Assembly (NCBI RefSeq): GCF_009914755.1 | Contig: NC_060928.1 | Reading direction: 5' to 3' (one strand) | Origin: the human T2T-CHM13v2.0 reference genome, Homo sapiens | DNA: 64,000 nucleotides | Part shown: one piece after another, positions 18,192 through 37,300 of the stretch | How positions within the stretch are numbered: position 1 is the stretch's first letter | Layout: every line of letters starts with the position of its first letter | The notes under the pieces: model-generated | Database searches by the model: none | Told to the model about the DNA's origin: nothing | Seen by the model: the letters and a program-made list of their open reading frames with translations, nothing else | Translations under genes and position numbers: made by a program

Positions 18192-19215
18192 AAAAAAAAA
18201 TCTTGACTTAATGGTATCAGATGTTTATTATGCATATTAACCTGTGATAGGTACTGTGGCATATATGGGAACAGTTGAATTCTTTTATACCATACTAAGT
18301 TATTGTCAGGTAAGAAAGGGACATGATTAGAAAATTAGAATTACACTAATGTGTATTCCTCTTAACTTCTAACTCTTAGAATTGAACACTAGTGCTCCAC
18401 TCGATGTCTTGTCCAAACGATATCCCAGCAGACTTGTCCAAAAGATATCCACATATGAGCAGGACACTGCTTTCCGTGAGGAATTTGGTGTTGTATCATA
18501 CGTGAGACTCATGGATATTAAAGTTCTTGTAATGTGTAGCATTTTTAACTCATAGAATAGTACCTTGTACTTCAGGGTTTTGTTTGCATTATTGGAACAA
18601 TCAGAAGTTTTGGTTATATAAGGGAAAATAACCAAAACGGAGAATTTTTGCAAGGTAATGAATTTGAAATTTTTCTAAATTTCTGCCCCTTCACATATTA
18701 GTTTAAAAACTATCCATGTATGAAAGACTCCATTAATGATTAGGTACTGTTACAATTGTTGTAGATGAAATATGGATCTATTATAGCTGGTTCTGTTATG
18801 CTTTCCTTTGCTTCCTTTACTTCAGCCTTGGCAGCCTCCTTGATCTTCCTCATACACACTAAGCACTCTCCCTCCTCAGGTCTTTGGATTTACTGTTGCA
18901 TAGGTCTGTAGTAGTACTGTTTGCTTACTTGCCTTGCTCACTTTCTCATTCGAACATCATCTAAACAGAGAGACCTTCCATGACCATCCTATATAAAATA
19001 TTACTACCACTTCCTATTATCACTAAATATCATTATTATGCTTTTGTATTCATTTTAGGACATATCACTCTTAGCATCTTTTTTTTGTGTGTGTGTGTGT
19101 GATGTGTGTTCAGTGCCTCTCATTAGAGCAAAGATGGTTTTGTTTTGTCCATTGCTACATTCCCATTGCCTAGAGTATAGTACCTGGAAAATAGTACGTA
19201 CTCTACAAATATTTG

Positions 19216-19247
19216 AATGAATGAATGAATGAATGAATGAATGAATG
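19216..19247 (+). repeat. (GAAT)n microsatellite at an L2 3' end
   Basis: ctctacaaatatttgaatgaatgaatg... Confidence 0.8.
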
Positions 19248-19317
19248 TTTAATCCAGCACTCATTCAGTTGGTAGAAGATATAAAATTAAACTGTAACTT
19301 AAAAATGGAGTATACAA

Positions 19318-20127
<810 letters not shown>

Positions 20128-21039
20128 ATTTATGCTCAGATTTCTTTAAACAAACAAAAAGCAAATCACGAGCCCCCCCGCACCTTCATTTGATTCAACT
20201 ATCCTTTCCAGCTGCGATCTTAGTTTTTTATGTGTTTTATGTTAAGTTTTTCAAATAATGGTCTTCAGCAATTGGCTTCATTTTCTTACTAAGCATTAGT
20301 ATTCCTTACAGCTTTTTCTTCCATAATTTAGCTAAAATATTGCTCTCTCAGTTATCACAGGTTTTTCTTTTGCCATATTCAAAGGTCTGTTCTTAGTTTT
20401 CTCTGTTTCTTGCAACTTCTTTCAGGAGGTAATGTATGCAGTCCTAACTCACCTCTTTTCTAACTATTTCTTCTTTGTTTTCCTTGATTAAAAAAAGAAA
20501 AGAGAAGGTATTTTAGGAGGAAATACTTGATCGTATAGTATAGGTTATGTTCATTATGGAAATTGAATAGAGAATTAAAGGAAAAGAAAGTGAAAGGAAG
20601 AAAGAAAATGAAGAAAGAAGAGCCTAAAAACACAGAGAAAAGTGAAAGTGGAGAAAGAGGAAAGCAGTTAAATAGCAGTAAGGGATAGCAAAGCCCTAGA
20701 AATAGCAGTGATGATTTAACATTTGCCTGTATTGAAAAGCAGAGTAGAATAGTGGTTAGTATAGATCTCTCTTTGTCTTGTCTTTGTCAGTTACTGTGAC
20801 CTTGAGCAAACTTTTTAACATTTTGTGCCTTATTTATTCATCTACAAAATGAGTTTCATTATAACATCCATCCCATACTGTTTTTGTGATAATGTATGAA
20901 GCACAAGCTGGGTACATAACATATGATGTGTGGGCCACTATGATTATCATTAGCTCCCTATCATTCCTAAAGTAGCTATTCATTCTCCACAATTACTTTA
21001 GGAGAAGCTATTCTTTTTCATGTATTTATATATCACCTT

Positions 21040-21925
21040 CATAACTTATTTGTTGAAAAAGCAGATAATTATTGGCATGCCTACCTATGTGCCAGCTGAC
21101 TACACTTAGTACTGAGGATTGAAAAATAAACTGAAAAGACATTTTCTGTCTTTAAGAAGATAAACACTGAGGAGAGAGAGATGAGAGCAAACTGCTGCAC
21201 TAAAATGCAATAAGTTTATTGGTAGAAAATGTACAAAGTATTGTAGAGGAATGAGGGACTGCTTTGTAGAATGAGATTATATAAAGAAGACTGCAGTTGA
21301 GAGGTTAAGCATGAATAGGCATTTGCTTTCCTTACATGAATCAGGCAGAGGAAATGGCCATTTTACATATACAAAAGTATGAGAGAGCCAGTAGTGTTCA
21401 AGAAATTATAAGCAGCTTTCTATCATTTGGTATATAAAATGTTATCAGATACTGGTGGTCAATGGGATTGGACAGTGATAGACAGTGGGCTAGGTCACAG
21501 CAGGCTTTGTGTGCTATACCATGGAGATTAGATTTTATCCTCTTTGCAAATAGGAGCCATTGAAAACTTTAGCTCAGAAGAATGATGTAAGATTTGCTTA
21601 TCAGAATGAGTATTGTGAGAACTGTATAAGTGGTAGGGTAGCCATATGAGGATGGTGAAACTTTAAGAACAGAGACCAGCGAGGAGGCGATTACAGTAAT
21701 CCAGGTAAAAGATGAAGAAGGAAAGAGTCTGGTAGTGGCAGTGAAGACAGATGAGGAAAGATGTTGTTGGATATTAAGAATTAGAATTAACAGGAGTTAT
21801 TGATTAAATGTAGGGGGTAAGGGAGGGGGAAGGATCTAGAATGATTTCCTAATTTTGGTCTTGAGTAGCCTAGTAAATACTATTTTAACTATAAATGCAC
21901 AGGAAGTAAAGCAGATTTGGGTATG
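21040..21925. mobile_element. Degenerate L2
   Basis: cctacctatgtgccag, gattttatcct...ggagccattgaa, gagaccagcgaggaggcgattacagtaatccaggt. Confidence 0.6.
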
Positions 21926-21984
21926 ACAATAATATCACAAGGTGAAGGGGTCAAGGAGGTAGATAAGCTGGCGCAACTTTATTT

Positions 21985-26415
<4,431 letters not shown>

Positions 26416-26759
26416 CAAAGAAGAAGGAATATACAAGGTCAAAGGAAGGAAGTTTTGTTTGTGTTTTAGGATGGAACTACCTTAAAAACTAAAATCTACA
26501 TCATCAATCTATCACCTTTTTTCTAGTTCCTTTTTTCTAACTATACAGATATATACATTTTTTGATATTCCATCAGACCTTCACTTTAGTATGTTTTAAT
26601 GCAGAACTATTTCTCTTTTCTTCTTGAGTCCTGTTCTTTCTGTCTTCATTACCATTACATCATCAGTATGATATCAGGCTCAAAATTATGAAGTCCTTTA
26701 TGTGTTTATTCTTCCAGGAGACATTTATCATATTTACTCCTTACTAATAACTTGCCTGC

Positions 26760-27480
26760 ATCTAGGTAGAGATATCAAATTGGTGGTTGGAAATCATGAG
26801 AGAGATTGGGGCTGGAGATAAGCATTTAGAAGTTATCAGTGGATAGATGGTATTTAAAGCCATGTGTCTGCATGAGATCAGTCAGGGAGGTGTGCATGGA
26901 TAGGATAAGAGAAGTAACATGACTGATCCCTGAGGTAGTTCAACCTTTGGAAGGCAGCTAAGTGAGGGTGGGTGGCTCAGCCCTTGAAATGAAATGAAAT
27001 AGCCAGTGAGAATCATGTTTCAGAGGACAAGTCAAGATACTGTAGGAAGAGGACAGATTACATTGTGAACTCCTGCTGATAGGTCAAGTCAGAGGAACAC
27101 TGAGAAGTGACTACTGGATTTGCCAATGTGAAGGTTACTGAAGTAGGTATAAGAGAAAATAGAAGGACACGAAATAGAGATGGCTTTTTTTTTTTGAGAA
27201 CTTACATTAAGAGGAATGTTGGGTGGTAACTGGAAGGCAACATAGGAGACTTGTTTATTTTATTTTGAAAAGGAAGATTTTATAGCAAGTTTGTAAGCTA
27301 ATGAAGATTGTCTAGGGAAGCAGGGAAAATTGACAATGTAGAGGAAAGAAGGGAGGAGCAGCGTCCTTTTATGGGTGAGTAGAAGTGGGGCTGAGCACAG
27401 AAATGAAGAGGAATGGCCTTTGTTAGGGGCATAGACAGTTCACCCATAGTGACAGGAAGGCAGGCAGTGTTGTGGGCTTA
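26760..27480. mobile_element. Degenerate L2
   Basis: ggggctggagataagcatttagaagttatcag...gtatttaaagccatg...gagatca. Confidence 0.6.
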
Positions 27481-28286
27481 GATTTAGGTCAGTCACTAAA
27501 TAATTCTTGAGCTTTTAGTATGTACAAGGCACTGTTCTTATGAAAACAAACGTAAAAAAATATATTTAAGTAAAGAAATTTAAATAGAGATGTAGATGGT
27601 TTAACCAGGTATCTGTTTTTTGTATACCACTATTAGCATCTTAACTGTTTACTAGTATACAATTTTATCATATTGTTTAGTATTCAGTTACATCAGACTG
27701 TGATACTGAAAAAACTTAGTATTTTTTAGTAATTATTCATTTGTATATCCATTATCTCCCAATTAGATTTTAAACTGCCTATGGGTAGTTGCTTTCACTT
27801 ATAGCTGTAGTGCTCCTGAGCCAACTGAACAACTGCTGAGATAATCCTAGGAATAATGTATGCTGAGGGTATGCCGTGCTCTCTATGTAATGAGTTCCTC
27901 ACATTGATTCATCTATGGAAGACTTGCTTGAGCATGGTGGGAGTGATGTCTCTTCAGTGGCACAGTCTTCATTCTATTTCTTACCCTTTAAATAATTCAC
28001 ATTTTTCAGTGCATGGAATTAAATTTTCAAGGTAAGTTATGGTATAGTGGAATATACCATATTTTTGTTTATTAAATTTGTGTTAAAATGATAATGACTA
28101 AATCTTAGGAGAGAAATAGTTTATTTTGTAGTCTCCTGTATGATCCTTTGAAGATTCTTAATTTTTATCCTGATTCCATTTTTCTCCTTACTATATTTAG
28201 TTGCATCCCTTTCTCTACCTAATGGAGGACAAAGTGACATTAGAATCCAATAAATTGTTTCAGTTTTTAATTATTTTCTCATGGGT

Positions 28287-28399
28287 CTTTCTCTCTCTCT
28301 CTCCCTCCCTCCCTCCCTCCGTCTCTCTCTCTCCCCCTTCCTCCTTCCCTCTCTCTCTCTCTCTCAGCCTCCCTCCCTTTCTTTCTCCCCTCCCCTCCT

Positions 28400-28400
<1 letters not shown>
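28287..28400 (+). repeat. CT-rich polypyrimidine low-complexity tract, probably an Alu tail derivative
   Basis: About 110 bp of almost only C/T, directly abutting an antisense Alu. Confidence 0.85.
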
Positions 28401-29414
<1,014 letters not shown>

Positions 29415-29449
29415 TAATGTATGCTGTATATTATTATTGCATATACTTA

Positions 29450-29984
29450 GGTATTAGTTATCCATAATGGTGCAACAATATTACCACAAACAGTTGCTTG
29501 AAACAACACGCATTTATTATCTCACCATTTCTGTGTGTCAGGAATGTATGTGTAGCAGAGTTGGGTTCTCTGCTTAAGGGTCTCACAAAGCTCCACTCAA
29601 GGTATTGGCCAGAGAGGTGGTTTCATCTTAGACTCAATGGGCGATGGATCTGCTTGCAGACTTACACAGTTGGCAGAATTCAGTTCCTGTAGGCTGCTGG
29701 ACACAGGGCTTCAGTTTCTTGCTGGCTGTTAGCTTGAGTCTGCTCTCAGCTTATTGCCCTGTGGCCCTCTCCATATGGCAGCTCACAGCATTGCAGCTTG
29801 TTTCTTCAAAGCCAGTAAGGAAGATAGTCTTCTTCAAGACAGGCATTATAGCTTTATGTAATGTAATTATGTACACATGATTATTCTGTCTCTTGGTTTG
29901 AAGCAAGTTGCAAGTTTCATTCACACTCAATGAATGTGAACACCAGGAAACAGAGCTCTTTGGAACTAAAGTTTATCTGCCACA
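29450..29984 (-). mobile_element. MaLR LTR (MLT1E/F-like)
   Basis: gtattagtta...ttaccacaaac...gcttgaaacaacacgcatttattatctcac...ttggcagaattcagttcct...tctgccaca. Confidence 0.75.
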
Positions 29985-30086
29985 ATTTATTTGCTATATC
30001 TTTACATGAGATATGTGTTTCTTTTATTCAGTAATTTTTACTACTTATTTGGAGTGATAATTGTGGATTTTACTTTTTCTAACTAG

Positions 30087-30193
30087 ATTCCATTGGCCGT
30101 GACATCCCCAAAATGCTTGAATTATTTAAAAATGGACATGAAATTAAGGTAGATGAAGAAAGGGAGAACTTTCTCCAGACCAAAATAGCAACA
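30087..30193 (+). CDS. MRPL1: MRPL1 coding exon (probably exon 7), 107 bp
   Basis: tactttttctaactAG acceptor and ACA|gtaagt donor. The phase-1 start matches the previous exon. Encodes (N)[35 protein letters not shown]. Confidence 0.96.
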
Positions 30194-31257
30194 GTAAGTT
30201 ACAATGAAAATTATCAAATAATCCTCTTTTTTTGTTGTTCAAGTATTCTTCAGTAATTTATAATATTATAAAATGCCAGTCATTTGAACTTGTTTTTGGC
30301 ACTAGCATTAAGAATGGCATTAAACATACGCATAGATACTTTTTTTATTCTATAAATTAAACTCATAAATTTTAATGGTACTTGAGAATTTCTTCCAGAG
30401 TTATGTGCTACTCTCACATTTACTTGTACTTTGCCTTATTTATCTGTTGTATGTATACACTTTTGTATTTATGTATTATATTTTAAGCTTATTGAGAATA
30501 GGGTTTAGATTTTGTATGTCCCCCTAATCAAGATTGCATAATGCTGAGCACATAGTAGGTGTTCAATACTACTTTAGTGGAATTGAGTAATTTGCTTTAT
30601 TTTAATGAATTATGTCCAATTTTCTCTGCTAGTGTTTTTAAAATTGTTTGCCTGCTTTTAGAAGATGCTGGAAATCAGTTTCCAAAGCCATTTTTAGGAT
30701 ACTAATGTAGATATGCCACATTTCTAGGACTGTGTTTTAAAATATATTGTCATTACAAACATTAAAGTTATTTATACTAAAGAATCTCTAAAGTGCCTAT
30801 CCAACATATGTAATTTTTTTCTTGTTCATTTACTATAGGAATAACAGTAATTGATAAATTGATAGCAAAATTTAAACAGGACCTACCAAGTGTCAGTTGC
30901 TATTCTAAACAATTTTTGTATATTCTGTCTTTTAATTGTTAGCCATATGAGAGGTAAAATGATCACCCCTGTCTTATAGATGAAGGCATGCAAGCCCAGA
31001 GAAGTTAAGTAACTTTTCCAAGGTCTCACAGCTACTATGAGGCAGAATAAGCATTTGAACTTTGGCAGTTTCCTCAAGTCCAGGCTCTTTATCCCTATAC
31101 CATCTTGCCTCATGACTGGAATTATTTGAATAGCTATTATTCTTTCTCTTTGCCTTCCCATCTTACTCTTAAGGGGAATTCTGCATTATAGCTAGTAGTC
31201 CAAGCTCATTGAGCTGTGCCCACTGCAGGTCATCAGAAATATAGAAAAAGCTGAGTG

Positions 31258-31548
31258 ACACAGCCTAGGCAACGTGGTGAAACCCCATCTCTATAAAAAA
31301 TACAAAAAAATTAGTTGAGTGTGGTGGCATGCACCTGTAGTCTAGCTACTTGGGAGGCTGAGGCGATCCCTGGGATCACCAAGGTTGCAGAGTGAGACCC
31401 TGTCTCAAAGAAAACAAACCAAACCAGAAAGTAAAGAAAAAGCTGGGTGCTATGTTGCCCAGGCTGGCCTCAAACTCCTATGCTGAAATAATCCTCCCTT
31501 AGCCTTCTGGGTAGATGGGACTACAGATGTATGCCACCATGCTAGGCT
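31258..31548. mobile_element. Truncated, internally deleted sense Alu (~31258-31430) next to an antisense monomer fragment (~31450-31548)
   Basis: TSD-like agaaaaagctg(a/g)gtg at 31243-31257 and 31435-31449. Confidence 0.75.
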
Positions 31549-32579
31549 TCTCAGCTAGTTTTATGGTCAAAAAACAAAAAAACTTGCTTTAGAAATGGAG
31601 CAAAGCAGGTTTAATCTAGTTGGGGAAACCCCAGCTTGCCATCATTATCATCAAAGCTCAGCTCCAATTTATTTGGCACTGAGCTCTGCTCCAGTCTAAT
31701 GTTGGAATTTCCTTGTTCCCCAAAAGGCCTTTGACAGTACTTCTTGTTTCTTAGGGTTGACAACATTGTAATTGAAAAACCAAACAAATGAAACATAAAA
31801 TACAAATTTTAAGAGTCTATTCTGAAGTTGTAGAGACTTGAGTTTGAATACCTACCTTTTCAGCTACTTCAGAGATGGCAGATTTTAAGGAAGTTTCTTA
31901 ATGTTGTTGTGTCTCAAATTTCCTCATCTATAAAATGTGTATAATAGTACTTCTTTCACTATGTGGTTTTGAAGATTACATAAAATTTTAAAATGGTAAC
32001 ATCTATTGTTATTGTTTTGGTTGGCCTTTTGGGACTGTGGAATATCCTTATAAGGCTCTTTTTAGCTGGATTAAATCTGTCTTAAGTAATGTTTTCAGTA
32101 TATTTAGTAGTTAATAGTTTATGTAGATCCTGACTCAGAATATAAGAAACCATGACATCGCATTCATTTCTTTCAACAAATACCATAGTGATTAAGACAT
32201 AGGTCTTAATCACTAAGTAGTAGATCACTAAGTAGTAGATCAGAGGAGATATAATTTCTTAATGAAAAAGAAATTATGTGTTTAAAGAGTTTTTTTTTGA
32301 ACACTTAGTATTGCAGTATAGAAGGATGTTGAGAGTGGGTTTTAGATTCCTGTTGTCTTGATTCAAACCCTTGTTCCAGCTAGAAAGAGCTGTACCCCCT
32401 TGCTCTCTGAGCCTCAATTTTTCCCCATTTCCCATTTCTCCTGTATATAAAATCATGGTAATAATATGTACCTTCTAAGCTAGGAAGGAATAGATGAGAT
32501 AATAACATAATAACCATTTAGCAGAGTACTTCTGGATAAGGGGGAGTAACAGGGACCTAATTTATCCTCCTACCTAAAA

Positions 32580-35310
32580 CAGTCAGCATTATTTGATACC
32601 AAAACCAGACAAAGAAAACCACAATGCAGTATCATTCGTGAACATAGATGTAACAATTGCAAACTAAATTTTAGCAAATAGAATCCAGCAATATATAAAA
32701 AGGGTAACATATCATGCTCAAGTAGGGTTTATTCTAGGAATGCAAGGTTAGTTTAACATTCAACAATTAATCATTACAGTTCACCATATTAAGAAAGTAA
32801 AAAACAAAAGCCATATGAGCATTGCAGTGGATGCAGAGAAAGCATCTGACAGAATCCAACATCTGTTTCTGATTAAAAAGTCTCAGCAAACTAGGAATAG
32901 AAGTCCATGTCCTTAACCTGAAAAGAGTGTCTAAGAAAAGTCAAAGCTGACATCATATTTAGTGGTGAAACACTGAATGTTGCATTTCTCCTAAGATCAG
33001 GAACAAGACAAGGACATCCGTCTCACCACTGCTTCTTTTCAACATTGATCTGGGGCTTCTAGTTAGCGCAATCAGGCAAGAAACAGAAATAAAAAGTCAA
33101 CTAGATTAGAAAGGAAGAAGTGAAACTGTCATTATTCACAGATTACATGTTCTAGCTACTAGAACAACGAAGTGAGTTAACTAAGGTTGAAGGTAGAAGC
33201 TCAATGTACAAAAATGTTTCTGTATAACAGCAAGGAACAATTAGAAATTGAAATGAAAAAGCAACAAATGCCATTTGTAGTAATAGCAAATATATTAAAT
33301 ACTTAGGGGTAAATCTGACAAAGATGTGGAAGATCCATACACCGAAAACTTTAAAACATGGTTAAGAAAAATAAAAAATCTAAATAAATGGTGACTATAT
33401 ACCTTGTTTATGGATCAGTAGACTCAATATTGTTAAAAATATCAATTTTCCCCAAGGTAATCTATAGATTCATAGCATTCTCAAAGTACCAGTCAACAGT
33501 TTTGTAGAAACTGACTAGCTGATTCTAAAATTCATAGAAAAATGCAAAGTATCTAGAATAGCTAAGACAACTTTTTTGAAAAAGAACAAAGTTGGAAGTC
33601 TACCTGATTTCAAGATTTATAAAGCTGCAGTAATTAAGACAATGTGGTATTGACATCAAAAGAAAACAGTTAATGGAATAGAATAGAGAGTCCAGAAAGA
33701 AAGACAAAACATGCATATATGGACAACTGATTTTCCACAAGGTACAATGGCATTTTTTCTGGAGAAAGGATAGTTCTTTCAACAAACAGTACTGGAACAG
33801 TTGGATGTCTATATGTCATAAAATGAAATTCAACCAATACTTCAAGACATATATAATAATTAAGTAAAAATGAATCAAAGACCTAAATGTAAAGCCTAAA
33901 ATTATAAAACTTTGAGAAGAAAAAGTTGGGTTAGGGGATGTTTCTTAGATAAGACATGAAAAGCATGATCCATAAAAGAAGAAATTGATAAATCACCCTA
34001 TAAAAATTAAAAGCTTCTACTCTTTAAAAGACACTGTTAAGAGAAAGAAAAGACAAATTACAGACTGGGAAAAATATTTGAAAATCATGTATCTGATAAA
34101 TTCAAAATATATAAAGAACTGTCAAAAACTCAATAATAAAACTACCCAATTTTAAAAATCAGAAAACATGAACACACCTCACTATGGAGATATATAGATG
34201 ACAAACACATGGAAAGATGCTCAGCATCTTTAATCTTTAGGAAATGTAAATGAAAACCACAATGGGATAACACACATCTATTTGGAATGAATAAAGTTAA
34301 AAAGACTGGCCATACCAACTGCTGTAAGGATGCGGTGGGACTTGAGCACTCTTACAGCGTTTGTGGGTATGTTAAATGATGCAACCTCTTTGGCAAACAA
34401 TTTGGCAGTTTCTTAAAGTTGCACATCCGCCTACTATATGATCCTGCTATTCCACTTTTAGATACTTAGGAGAAATGAAAACATGTGTCCATACAAAGAC
34501 CTGTAAGCAAGGGTTCATATCAGATTTATCTGTGATAGCCCCAAACTGGAAAATTTCCAAATGTTCACTGCAGGTGAATATAAAAAAAATTCTTCAGTAA
34601 TAAAAAGAAATAAAGTTGATACATTCTACCATACTGATGGATTTCAAAATAATTTTGCTGAGTGAAAGAAGTTAGAAAAAAGGGAGCACATCCTGTATGA
34701 TTCTTTTTGTATAAAATTCTGGCAAATGCAAACTAATGTATGATGACAGAAAGCAGACCAGTGGTTGCCTTGGGGTCAGAGGTGGGTGAAGAGGGGCAGG
34801 AAGGAAGAATTACAAAGGCACACAGTAAATTTTGGAAGTGATTGTTATGTTATTCTGACTGGTGATTGTTGCATGTGTGTATACATAAGTCAAAGCTTAG
34901 TGAATTGTAGGCATTAAGAATGTGGAGGATATCCAATGGAATACTATGTAGCAATAAAAAAGAATAAACTAAGGATACATGGTACAACATGGATAAACCT
35001 CAAGAATATTATGCTCAGGGAAAGAAGCCAGACACAGAAACTACTTGCTGTATGATACCATTTATATGCAATATTCAGAAAAAGCAAAAGTATAAAGACA
35101 AAAAGTAGATTAGTAGTTGCATAGGAGGGGTGGGAGGAAACAGGTATTAATGCTAAGTGTGCATGGTCATATTGGGGTGATAATGTTTTCAAACTGATTT
35201 ATGGTGATGGTTGCACAACTCGATCAACCTACTAAGAAACATTGAATTTTACATCAGAAAATGGTAAATAATATATGCAAAGTATGCCTCTATAACATTA
35301 ATTAAAAACG
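32580..35310 (+). mobile_element. Old L1M (MC/MD-like) ORF2 3' half and 3' end(s)
   Basis: gataccaaaaccagacaaag, ctaggaatgcaagg, gatcaggaacaagacaagga, aatggaatactat...gaaagaagccagacac. Confidence 0.85.
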
Positions 35311-35678
35311 TGCAGTATGTCAAGTTTTAGAAAAGTAAAACAAGGTTTTAGTTTTACAAAGTAGTAAAAAACTGTACCATTGTATTATGCAAAATAATTG
35401 TTTCGTAAATTTTATTATTAGAATTATCTTATAGTTAAAAATTTAGAAATGATTTTACAGCAATTTAATGAGGTTTCCTTGAGTGAAATTATTCTTATTA
35501 TGCAGTTGAAAATATTGAAGATGTGGTATTTGTGTGTGTGTGTGTGTGTGTGTCTGTAGCCAATATGTTATGACAAATTGATATAGAATGAGTGCAGCAG
35601 ATAAAAGGGCACTGACGGTATGACGGTATCACATGCCTATTAAGCGTCCTTATTTTGGATAAAAGGAAGATATCTAGA

Positions 35679-35869
35679 ACAGGGGTCAATAAATGACAAC
35701 CAGGGGCCAAATCTGGTTGTGGCTGTGGCCTGTTTTTGTATAGCCTGTGAGCTAACAATGGTCTTTACAGTTTTAAAGGTTGTAAAAAATAAAGGATAGC
35801 TACAGAGACTGGATATGGCCTGCAAAGCCTAAATAATTCACTATCTGGCTCTTGATTTGCTGACTTCTG
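35679..35869 (+). mobile_element. MER58B-like MITE
   Basis: caggggtcaataaa...ggccaaatctgg...ggcctgcaaagcctaaataattcactatctggc...tttgctgacttctg, flanked by tctagaa. Confidence 0.75.
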
Positions 35870-36236
35870 ATCTAGAAAGATGTTTTTTGGGAGAGTGAAA
35901 TGGATTAGTTTTGTGTGTCTACTTACCTGTACAGGAGAGACTCTCACTGTAGTTAAATCATCTTGATGTTCTGTGTTACGATTCTGCATTTCAAGATCCA
36001 TTTCTAGTATTGATGTAATACGGAATTGATCTTGAGTAGTTTATAGTTTTCCTTCTGTATCAATGTGCTAAATATGGTCAGTTGAATGATCTTTCTTAAT
36101 TATTTAACTTGAGGATTAGTATCTTGGATATTAGAACTCAGCCACTACTGCCTTTGTATATCCAAACTGTGTATACTAATGCTCTTACAGTCAGCCAGTA
36201 TCTAACATTTGTCAGCAGTACTTGCAGGTAAATTAG

Positions 36237-36535
36237 TTTTTTTCGCTTCTCTTTGCTTGTTTTTTAGATAGGGTCTTACTGTATCACCCAAGCTGGAGTA
36301 CAGTGGCTTGATCTCAGCTCCCTGCCAGGCTCAAGTGATCCTCCCATCTCAGCTCCTTAACCCAGTAGCTGGGACTACAGGTGTGCGCCACCATGCCCAG
36401 CTAATTTTTGTATTTTTTGTAGAGACGGGTTTTGCCATGTTGCCTAGGCTGGTCTCCAACTCCTGGGCCCAAGTGATCTGCCCACCTCAGCCTTGCAAAG
36501 TTATGGGATTACAGGCACAAGCCACTGCCCCGGCC
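36237..36535 (-). mobile_element. AluJ
   Basis: Antisense dimer. Confidence 0.88.
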
Positions 36536-37101
36536 TTAGTTTTGTTCTTAATATTTCCTACCATTTGTATCTGTAACTTACATAGTCATGAAATTGGTTA
36601 TGTCTTATGCTATCAAATCAAATGCTCATATCAGTGAAAATGTCATAAGATGATACGTTGAACATCATGAAGACAAAACAAGTTATTGGAATATGTTATT
36701 TTTTAATCAGTTATATTGCTATCACATAGACACCATTTATTTTCTCTCATAGCATGAAGCATAATTGGTTGGGATAAAAGCAAGCTGCCAAGAGATCAGA
36801 TAAAAGGGAAAAGTCTTAGAGCATAAAACTGAAAATAAAGAGCTACAGAGGAGAAAAAGTACATTTCTTCAACCTTTTTCCCCCAATGGCTCTTTCCATG
36901 ACATAGAAATGAAACTAAGGCAGATTCTCAAAAAATGAATTTGAGACATATGTACCTGGCCAATGTTTATATTCTAAATAGCAGTTTAATTTCAGATAGT
37001 AATTAAATAATTTTAAAAGGATTTATCTGAGTTTGCTATATAGAAAATAATATAGTCATAATTCTGCTATCCAGATAACTTTTGACATTTAAAAAATTTC
37101 A

Positions 37102-37300
37102 AATTAATATACATACATGGTTAAATTCAAATAATTCACAAAAGCATATTAAGAAACACTAGAACCCATTTCCCTGCAATAGTTTTCTTGTGGAACTTAA
37201 AAAACTTTTAATTAATATATGTACATGGTTAAGTTAATTTACAAATGCATATAAAGAAACACCAGAGCCCCTTTCCCTGCAATTGTTTTCTTGTGGAATT
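37102..37300 (+). repeat. Diverged tandem duplication with a ~108-bp unit
   Basis: attaatata..tacatggttaa...aagaaacac.aga.ccc.tttccctgcaat.gttttcttgtggaa occurs twice. Confidence 0.85.

Noticed and set aside
18369-18653. 94-aa minus-strand ORF as an antisense gene
   Set aside because: It starts at a non-ATG codon and has no recognisable similarity. The splice signals point to the + strand.
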